From assembly GCF_001194135.2 (NCBI RefSeq), contig NC_068982.1:101151717-101215716 (forward strand): DNA of 64,000 nucleotides, written 5' to 3'. The position numbers and the translations under genes are program-made. This DNA comes from Octopus bimaculoides. Taxonomy: Eukaryota. Shown piece after piece: positions 54,850 through 64,000 of this stretch. The notes beneath the pieces are model-generated. The model saw nothing but the letters and a program-made list of their open reading frames with translations. It was not told the origin of the DNA and did no database searches. Positions within the stretch are counted from its first letter, which is position 1, and each line of letters starts with the position of its first letter.

Positions 54850-55035
54850 TATTGTTGCTGTTTAGCCTGAAGTCATCCCTACTAGAGCAATCAAAGTCGT
54901 TCTAACTACGACCATCTTGTAAAACTGAAAGGACATATGTAGTCGTACCTAATAAGGTACGACTACATATGTCCTTTCAGTTTTACAAAAAGTAGGTTGT
55001 GATTTCATCGAGATTTGGTTAGTATTTCTTGTGAC
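54850..55035 (+). repeat. Family C repeat copy containing a perfect inverted duplication
   Basis: GCTGTTTAGCCTGAAGTCA...GACCATC...GACTACA...GTCCTTTC..TTTTA...GTAGG.TGTGATTT...GAGATTTGGTTAGTATTTCT parallels 55590-55790. Confidence 0.6.
54917..54988. repeat. Perfect inverted repeat with 34-bp arms and a 4-nt loop
   Basis: TTGTAAAACTGAAAGGACATATGTAGTCGTACCT-AATA-AGGTACGACTACATATGTCCTTTCAGTTTTACAA. The arms were checked base by base. Confidence 0.97.
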
Positions 55036-55318
55036 AAACTAGGAGGAAAAGAAGCAAGAAAACAAACAAACAAAAGACAGTAAAAGAATGTGTGCATGTG
55101 TGTGTGCGCACCTATATTTGTAATGTGTGTGTGCGTGTGAGCAAAATACAAGTGATATGTTTTCTACAGGTGTAGTTGACGTTAACTCTAATCTCTGTTG
55201 ACAGAGACACCGCTCGTCCTTCACCAAAATATAAAAAAAATCTTTGGGTTTCCAATGTCAATTTTGGTAACACTATAATATCGTTGACAGTAGCAGTAGT
55301 AGTAGCAGTAGCAGTAGC

Positions 55319-55377
<59 letters not shown>

Positions 55378-55589
55378 GGAATGTCTGATAGTGGTATCAT
55401 ACTTTCTTTGTAGCAGGACCGATATGTGGATGAAATTCGTGGCATTAGTGTTACTAAATCAGACAATGGAGAAAGGTGGTTATGATCGTTTGATGGTAAC
55501 GAAGACGATGGAGAAGGCAGAGTTAGCTGTAGAAGCTGAAAATGAGGTAACAGAGAAAGACACGGTGCTGTTGTTGTCGCTGGTGTTGC

Positions 55590-55790
55590 CAAGCCCCAGG
55601 TCAGCCCTGATGCAGAAAACTTATGATGGAAGTACTCCAGCTTTAAATCATTCAGGCTTTTTAGACACTTCGTGGACTACATTATTTAACGTGTCGTTGT
55701 TACTTAAAACGGTAGGGTGAGACTTGCGGGAGATTTGGTTGCTATTTCTACTTGATCGAGCGACGCTTAGCGATTCATTGTTGGCTTGTT
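55590..55790 (+). repeat. Family C dispersed repeat
   Basis: AGCCCCAGGTCAGCCCTGAT...GGACTACATT...GGTAGGGTGAGACTTGCGGGAGATTTGGTTGCTATTTCTAC. Confidence 0.55.
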
Positions 55791-55803
55791 GTTCTTATAG
55801 ATA

Positions 55804-56012
55804 GTGATGAGCTGGCAGCATCGTTAGCGCGGCGGACAAAATGTTTATCTTTATTTCTTTCGGCTTTTTCACGTTCTGAGTTTAGAATGCCACCGATGTC
55901 GACTTTACCTTTCACCCGATGAAAAAGTACCAGTTGAGCACTCCAGTTGATGTGATCGACTGACTAGACTCGCATCCCCGAAATTTCAGGCCTCGTACCT
56001 TTAGTTGAAAGG
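55804..56012 (+). mobile_element. Family B SINE with (ATT)n tail
   Basis: GATGAGCTGGCAGCATCGTTAGC...GTCGACTTTACCTTTCACC...AAATTTCAGGCCTCGTACCTTTAGTTGAAAGG(ATT)n. Confidence 0.8.
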
Positions 56013-56019
56013 ATTATTA

Positions 56020-56075
<56 letters not shown>

Positions 56076-56078
56076 GTT

Positions 56079-56192
56079 CAGTAGTTTTATTTTTATAACG
56101 TGCTTTCACTTCACTACCGAGCGCAGCTCTGTGCGCCTTAGGTATGTGCTGTGGTTTGCTGAGGTGCTCTTATGGTTACTGTATTGAAAGTG
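56079..56192 (-). mobile_element. Very short 5'-truncated copy of R4/Dong-like subfamily A (essentially the 3' UTR)
   Basis: Near-exact reverse complement of ~18368-18480 (TTTCAATACAGTAA...GCGCACAGAGCTGCGCTCGGTAGTGAAGTGAAAGCACGTTATAAAAATAAAACTACTG), with (TTA)n on both sides. Confidence 0.9.
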
Positions 56193-56210
56193 TTATTATT
56201 ATTATTATTT

Positions 56211-56508
56211 TATGTTTGACTTTTGTTTTGCATTTGTACAAGTTGGATCCAAGTCTCACCCAGAGACCTCAAGAGACAACAAGTTAGAAGTTCATGTAGG
56301 TGTTATGCCTAGGGTACCATATATTTGGATTTGTACAGTTTTGTTCAAGTGAATGTTTAAGAAACCATAAGAAAATTATGTTTGCTTTAAAATTTGAGAT
56401 CACATAGACAGTATTTTACGTAGGATATGGGCAGTTCCCATGAGCACTATCTTTTGGACTTCAGCCATTTTGGGGTTTCCTGGTATCTGAGCTAGGTAGT
56501 AATCAGCC

Positions 56509-56509
<1 letters not shown>
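56211..56509 (-). mobile_element. R4/Dong-like subfamily B 3' end
   Basis: Minus-strand translation ADYYLAQIPGNPKMAEVQKIVLMGTAHILRKILSM* (stop at 56402-56400) parallels subfamily A QKIALLGTAHILRKTVSIQ*. It has an unrelated ~190 bp 3' UTR and (TTA)n on both sides. Confidence 0.85.
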
Positions 56510-56552
<43 letters not shown>

Positions 56553-57556
56553 CTATGAAGTATTTGTTGTTGTTAACACCCAGGTTAGCATTGGTTGTTA
56601 GAACTATAACCGAACGTGTTTCAGACACAACCATACTTTCTTGGACATAATACGTATATGCGTGTGTGCTTGTGTAATTGTATGTTTTTGTGTGTGAATG
56701 TATGTATGTATGTATGCGTGGGTATAGGTGTATGTATGAGAGAGGGGGGTATATTTTCAGAGTGAATTTCACTTTTTAAAACGGAAGGGCATAGGTTAAA
56801 AGAGCTTGGGTCGCTACTTCTAGCATGTCGAGTAACCTTATAAAGATTCACTCGTTGGTGGTTCTTGTTAGTTTTAGTTGTAATTGCATCAAAATGATTC
56901 TTTTAATGGGAATTGTTATAAAATGGTAAGTATGACGTGGGGACAACATGCAATAAATAAACGCGTGATTATTTATTTTTACCCGTTATCTATCCTCTCT
57001 TCTTTACCAAACTTCCTACTCCAGAATCTGAAGATGCAGCAAGAACCATGTAACTCGATATCCTGAGATATTTACTCAGTGGAACATGTTGGATATGATC
57101 TCGTCCATTCACTTGCTGGAACGCACTTATCAAATAGATTCTGCCTACCTGCCAATCTGTCTCTCTCTCTCATTCTCTCTCTTTCACTCTCTCCCTCTAT
57201 TCGATCGTTCAGATCCAAATTCTACTGAAAATGCAGTCATTGAAGATTTGACCAACACAATAACAAGTCTTAAGTAATGGCGTTACATTCCCAGTACGCC
57301 CTGTTTTTCATATGTAGTTCAAACAACACAGTATTTTTTTTGTTTCGATTTACCAACAATGCTTTTCGTTGTATGAAACCTATTTCTGTATATAAATGAG
57401 TATCACAAGAACTGATATACTAAAACACAGAACACCAAGCTTTTAAAGTATAATTAACGTCTTCATTACAACTCACTTAATCATATTTACAGTTTAACCT
57501 GATCTGTTTACTTAACATAAGCAAATGCTTCATCGTCTGCTTGGCAGAAAATAGCA

Positions 57557-57594
<38 letters not shown>

Positions 57595-58009
57595 CATATA
57601 CATCTATTATGAATGTATATTTATATATAATGTTTGCTCATTGCATATTGCAGGGCAAATTTTATTGGGTGTATAGGCTCTGGAATTCAAGTAATTCCGC
57701 AACAGATGATAACCATTTCATCATAGCACCGTAACTTAAATGCATATTCTTTGCTTCTCTGCTTAGCCGCAATGCTCGGATGACTATATCAGCTAGCAGA
57801 CACTTCTTGGAAAATGTTTCTATGCTACTATTCTGAATTACCCACCAATTAACTATTTTCACGCCGAAATTATATGCTCTTCATGTCATTCTATGGTTTG
57901 TCTTGATTATGCGTCACTCAAGAGGTGCAATAAGACTGAAACATGCCAATAGTTGTCTTCCCATAGTTTAGTAAAGACAGGGCTCACTTCCCACTGTATA
58001 TATATGTGT

Positions 58010-58095
<86 letters not shown>

Positions 58096-58255
58096 AAGTT
58101 CAGGTATGATACATGTGTATATAATTGTTAATTCAAGAGATTTTTTATTTAATTTATATTCTTATTTTCACAATCTGAGATTTTAATTTAGATTTCCTAC
58201 CCTCATCTGGAACAGAGTTATCTCGGTGTAGCCTACGTTAGTGATGATGGTTATG

Positions 58256-58287
<32 letters not shown>

Positions 58288-58295
58288 TATAATTA

Positions 58296-58508
58296 GGCAG
58301 CGAGCTGGGAGAATCATTAGCGCGCCGGACAAAATGCTTAGCGGTATTTCGCCCGTCCCTGCGTTCTAAGTTCAAATTCCGCCAAGGTCGACTTTGCATT
58401 TCATCCTTTCGGGGTCGATAAATTAAGTACCAGTGAAACACCGGGATCGATGTAATCGACAAGTCCCCTGCCCGCAAATTTCAGGCCTTGTGCCTTCAGC
58501 AGAAAGGA
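58296..58508 (+). mobile_element. Family B SINE embedded in (ATT)n
   Basis: Complete head, central block and tail AAATTTCAGGCCTTGTGCCTTCAGCAGAAAGG. (ATT)n-like repeats lie 5' and 3'. Confidence 0.88.
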
Positions 58509-58907
58509 TTATTATTATCATTATCATTATTATTGTTGTTGTTGTTATGTTATAAACAACCTCCTTTCTCTTGTTCATAGTCATATCCAGGTGTCTTCAC
58601 TGGTTGTCCTCTATTAAAACTTGTTTCTGTTCTGCTAAATACAAACTGTCACTTACTTAATGGTTTTATTAAAGATATGTCTAAACTTAGCCTGCCTGTC
58701 GGCGTGTTGGATTTTTCTCTGCTGCTATTTTTCTGTTCCACTGAATACGGACTGTCACTTTCGCTTATTTGCATCTATGGGTTATATATATATATTTTAA
58801 AAATATTTCTGTTGATGCCTTAATATGTAGACAGCATTACTATAATGAGGATTGAGAAGTATGAAGAAAGATGCAGTAACTGCCGAATATCCATGCTTGC
58901 ACTACAT

Positions 58908-58939
<32 letters not shown>

Positions 58940-59272
58940 TTAGGCGTGTTTATATGTGTGTATAATCATAAATTTGTTTACTTTGCTGCTATCGTATTTG
59001 TTGCAAGTTTATGGAAATATGTTTCGTAATGTGCCACTTTGATTAAGTCAATGTTGTGAAGCGACAAAGATGAACCAGATGTCTAAATTTCTTTAAAAAC
59101 AAGACATCAGAATGATCCGGATAATGGTTGTTTTTAAACATGAAATGTCAGTGACAAAACGAGATCAAAGATGGACGGATAAAGACTTTCGACTCATGCA
59201 ATAAATCAATAATACAAAGTTATCGACTACACATCCATTTATCAAACTTGTTAAACTTTATATGTATCTTTC

Positions 59273-59419
59273 GCGTGGCTGTGTAGTAAGAAGTTTGGTT
59301 TTCACGCGTTCAGTTCCACTTCGTGGCGCGTTGGTCAAGTGTTTACTCCTTTAGCGTTGAACCAGCCAAAGCCTTGTGAGTAGGTTTGGTAGATGGAAGC
59401 GGAAAGAAGCCCATTGTTC

Positions 59420-59459
<40 letters not shown>

Positions 59460-60435
59460 NNNNNNNNNNNNNNNNNNNNNNNNNNNNNNNNNNNNNNNNN
59501 NNNNNNNNNNNNNNNNNNNNNNNNNNNNNNNNNNNNNNNNNNNNNNNNNNNNNNNNNNNNNNNNNNNNNNNNNNNNNNNNNNNNNNNNNNNNNNNNNNNN
59601 NNNNNNNNNNNNNNNNNNNNNNNNNNNNNNNNNNNNNNNNNNNNNNNNNNNNNNNNNNNNNNNNNNNNNNNNNNNNNNNNNNNNNNNNNNNNNNNNNNNN
59701 NNNNNNNNNNNNNNNNNNNNNNNNNNNNNNNNNNNNNNNNNNNNNNNNNNNNNNNNNNNNNNNNNNNNNNNNNNNNNNNNNNNNNNNNNNNNNNNNNNNN
59801 NNNNNNNNNNNNNNNNNNNNNNNNNNNNNNNNNNNNNNNNNNNNNNNNNNNNNNNNNNNNNNNNNNNNNNNNNNNNNNNNNNNNNNNNNNNNNNNNNNNN
59901 NNNNNNNNNNNNNNNNNNNNNNNNNNNNNNNNNNNNNNNNNNNNNNNNNNNNNNNNNNNNNNNNNNNNNNNNNNNNNNNNNNNNNNNNNNNNNNNNNNNN
60001 NNNNNNNNNNNNNNNNNNNNNNNNNNNNNNNNNNNNNNNNNNNNNNNNNNNNNNNNNNNNNNNNNNNNNNNNNNNNNNNNNNNNNNNNNNNNNNNNNNNN
60101 NNNNNNNNNNNNNNNNNNNNNNNNNNNNNNNNNNNNNNNNNNNNNNNNNNNNNNNNNNNNNNNNNNNNNNNNNNNNNNNNNNNNNNNNNNNNNNNNNNNN
60201 NNNNNNNNNNNNNNNNNNNNNNNNNNNNNNNNNNNNNNNNNNNNNNNNNNNNNNNNNNNNNNNNNNNNNNNNNNNNNNNNNNNNNNNNNNNNNNNNNNNN
60301 NNNNNNNNNNNNNNNNNNNNNNNNNNNNNNNNNNNNNNNNNNNNNNNNNNNNNNNNNNNNNNNNNNNNNNNNNNNNNNNNNNNNNNNNNNNNNNNNNNNN
60401 NNNNNNNNNNNNNNNNNNNNNNNNNNNNNNNNNNN

Positions 60436-60466
<31 letters not shown>

Positions 60467-60630
60467 ACGTCTCCATAACTAGCGGTTCGGCAAAAGAGTT
60501 AGATAGAATAAGTACCAGGCTTAACAAAGAAAATAAGTACTGGGGTTGATTCATTTGACTGCAAATTTTTCAAGGCGGTACCCCGGCAAGGCCGCAGTCT
60601 AACTGACTGGTACAAGTAACAGATAAAAGG
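59273..60630 (+). mobile_element. Family A SINE whose internal microsatellite spans the 59460-60434 gap
   Basis: Head and CORE block at 59273-59420 end in AAGAAGCCCATTGTTCG(TA)n. After the gap come (TG)n, GTTTACGTCTCCATAACTAGCGGTTCGGCAAAAGAG and the tail, in the same order as intact copies. Confidence 0.75.
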
Positions 60631-61568
60631 TATATATGTATGCGCGCGCATGTGTGTGTCAGTGTGAAATCTCAGGAAATAAAGCAACATCGGCTCAAAC
60701 ACAGAAGATTCACTGGTTGTTCATGTAACACTATGTAGTTATCAGTAGATAAACGGTGCATTGTTAGTTGCTTCTGTTGCCACAGCGATTATGTCTACTC
60801 CAGTTAACAAACTTTATAAAAACACAAACTCAAGCCATTTTGATTTCGGCTCCACNNNNNNNNNNTCTGTTGCCACAGCGATTATGTCTACTCCAGTTAA
60901 CAAACTTTATAAAAACACAAACTCAAGCCATTTTGATTTCGGCTCCACTTCTTCTCCTTAACACCCCGACTGTCTTATTTTTACCGGACTCGGTAATATC
61001 ACTTCAAAAGTGTAGCCATCCAAAACTTTTATCCTGTTAAAGCTTCGCCCACAATTTCGCGCAATAGATAAATATGAGCTAACGAAAAAGCCTGTAAATG
61101 TCGCTCCTTCAAACCACATTCTACATATATTTCTTAGACATATATATCGTCTGATATACAAAATGATAGGATTGTCGTGACTTGAACAACTTTGGTTATA
61201 GATCTACTCGGCCAAATTAGATCTGTAGTTAAAGAACACCATTAACCAACTAGTCTGCAAAGATTTGGGCCGATTTCAGTTATCTTGACAACTCTGCCTC
61301 CCACAACTAGCTCGTAAGGACTAGGAATGTCTACAAACTCAGACTTCCTTTCTCGAAGCAAATAGGTTTTAACAATGGACAGAGGGTAAGCATATTTTGG
61401 GCGATTAAATCAATCCAGTAGTTCTTTGGTAATTTGTTATTGTCCCAATGAAAAACGTAATGGGAAAGGCTACAGTGACAGGAAGGCAAGTATAAAGTAA
61501 ATATGGTTACTCTACCGACTCTACCAAAATATTTTAATATATGATAATATATGAGTTTCTTTTAGAAT

Positions 61569-61632
<64 letters not shown>

Positions 61633-62959
61633 CATATTTTTTATAATACACACACACACTAACAGGATAGTAAACATGATTACAGACACAGACAAGCATC
61701 TTTCTTTCTTTCATTCTTTATATANNNNNNNNNNNNNNNNNNNNNNNNNNNNNNNNNNNNNNNNNNNNNNNNNNNNNNNNNNNNNNNNNNNNNNNNNNNN
61801 NNNTATATATATATATATATATATATTGCACACATATAATACGCGATCTGTTTCAAACTGCTTTTCAGTAAGTTCAGAATATTTTTTTAATAACTTATTA
61901 GGTAAAACATACTTTTGTATATTTAGCTTCGTTTATAATGTAAATAGCCTTGTTTGTCTGTCCTTAGTGTAACGTAGACCACACACATCCATTTCCCCGC
62001 GGATACCATCAAAAGACACAGCAACTAACAATGTAATCGTGTCTAAACCCTTTGCGTAAAACTTGAAGGCTACACTTAACGTAGAATTTAGAAATTGTGT
62101 AAGGAATATGTGTTTATTCCTCTACTACAAGTTCAGGTTCAGTTGCGATCTTGATTTAAATGGATTCCAGAGTGGTGAGGGTAAATTTCGACGAACAAAC
62201 AATGGCTGTTAATTCTTAAAGGAAATAGAAACTTACTGATATGTGTATCGCTATTTAGGAAATACAACTAAGAATTGGAAATGAGTGTCATTGGATTAAT
62301 ATCATGCAAAAACAAAGATCTAAAGTTATTGAACTTTAAAGAAAGACTACTAATTTGAAGGGAAGTCGTGCAATCGACTGAATCAACCCGAGTATAATAC
62401 TGCTACTTAATTCATCGATTTGGATGAACGATACCTTAAAACTCAACGGTAGTGGTGGGTTTTAACACAAACTTAAAAGAATGTTATAAGATGCTACCGA
62501 GACACCTTTTCAAATCTTTATTCCATCATTCAACCTTAATAAAGATGTCTGAATCCAGAATCTTTTAATATTGTTAAACCATCTTAACAGAAGATCTGGG
62601 TTCATCCGGACGAATATGATGTCCGATGTGCCACCGTCCATTTTACCTTAGTGTCATTACAAATAGCCACCTGCGATTAGGTGGACAGCCTTTTCGATAA
62701 AGAAGAGATTCTTACTAAGGACAAAAACGTATAAAATATATAAATCAAAGTTAGCACGTTTTAGAAAAGAGCAGTCATTTGATCTCAGTACTGGATTGGC
62801 CCTTATTTTGTCGATATCTACATGATGATAACCCAAATCAAATTTTATGAGATTTGAACCCAAAACGTCAAAAATATATATTAGCGACCGAGGCAGTATT
62901 ATTTATTACCTCTCATATTAATACTGTCTCTGTCACTAATGTATATTTCTAACGAGCTT

Positions 62960-63200
62960 ACTGGCTAATCGTGGTATCAGTGCCTGTTTTGGTACGGCTA
63001 TTCTATGTATTGTTCGCGGGGAGATGAGTCGCTTCTATCTCTAGCGGTCGAGCGCCCATCATTGACGAAATCACGTGATCTGGTTGTCTCGTCGCTACAG
63101 ATGGAGGTGATGTATCTCCCGGCAAGCGATATAAAGAAGGGTGCATTTTGCATCAAAATCTAGTACGTGAGTTTCTCTCGTGGTATCTACCGTAGTATAG
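62960..63200 (+). promoter_or_regulatory. Candidate CpG-rich regulatory region or core promoter with palindromic E-box, TATA-like box and splice donor
   Basis: ATCACGTGAT at 63070-63079, TGACGAAAT at 63063-63071, TATAAA at 63130-63135 and TAC|GTGAGT at 63166/63167. CpG is locally enriched over the flanks. Motif evidence only. Confidence 0.35.
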
Positions 63201-64000
63201 TTTGTTCTAATAGAACATCCACGTTTAAGTAGGGATAGATATTACCTCTCAAAACGTAAAAGTATGTTCGTGAACACCCTAAAGAATTATAGCCACAATT
63301 TTACCAGTTCCTCATAAAACACCCACCACGAATAATTCTTAATAGACTCTAAAAGAAAATAAATTTGTCGTCCCAATCCATACCCAATCTTTTCTTTATC
63401 ACTGTGGTTGATTTTAGTAAGCAGTTGTTTTAATAAACCAGTTGGCATGAGTGGAAATGAAAGGTTAAATTGCCAGAGGTAGAATTTGAACTACAGAACA
63501 GTTTGAACATTTTCATATGTATTGCCAACAGATAATCAATATCCACTGCTCTTAAATTTTCGGCAAATCGACCACCCATACAGTGAAATACACTTATTAA
63601 AAAAATCGTTGCTAACGCATGGATATATATATATATGTGTGTGTGTGTGGGCGTGTGTGTGTGTGTGTGTGCGTGCGTGCGTGTTAAATACGTAACCATA
63701 AGCATTACACTCATATACAATAGTTACGATATGTTTTGTGCAAGAACATTATATATATATATATGCACATAAATATATCCCTGGGCTATGTGAGAATGTA
63801 ACCTACCTCAGACTAACTGACATAACAGTTAACGGTTGCAACCGATAGACGTTAAAAGAAGAGAAGAAAAATAAAGAAAAAAGAAAACAAAACGAAAATT
63901 ACACCAACAAATCAGATAGCGAAAGCGCCTCAGATTTAATGGCGAGTTGCCATTGACATACATAACTGCACAGAACCAGGAAGACGGTGTAATGTATGTG

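Noticed and set aside
55221-55720. Overlapping 109-aa and 123-aa ORFs on opposite strands
   Set aside because: They are anchored in a (TAG)n repeat and a family C repeat, with no recognisable motif.
60773-60948. Exact 83-bp direct repeat separated by 10 N (gives duplicated peptides in the ORF track)
   Set aside because: Placeholder gap with overlapping contig ends, so probably an artefact rather than a tandem duplication.

Overview
AT-rich eukaryotic (animal) scaffold sequence, saturated with microsatellites and broken by many N gaps. I recognise no protein-coding host gene, RNA gene or CRISPR array. Nearly all ORF-track entries are simple-repeat or N artefacts. The repeat families look like those of coleoid cephalopods (Octopus); this is recognition from memory and was not searched. 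Supported content: many copies of two tRNA-derived SINE families (one CORE-type, one with a Meta/Sauria-like central block), a near-intact third SINE, and an unclassified dispersed repeat. Also present are two R4/Dong-like (RLE) retrotransposon subfamilies inserted in (TAA)n, a decayed Tx1/L1 3' fragment, a near full-length decayed mariner, and CR1/Jockey-like and Penelope-like remnants. The best leads are a perfect 34-bp-arm hairpin formed inside an old repeat (54917-54988), a stack of retroelements on one (TAA)n tract (55804-56550), a 12-nt microexon candidate (46891-46902), a CpG-rich promoter or exon candidate (about 62960-63200) and a chimeric SINE (14578-14880). I did not find a convincing new multi-gene system. 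Repeat boundaries were judged by eye and are approximate.
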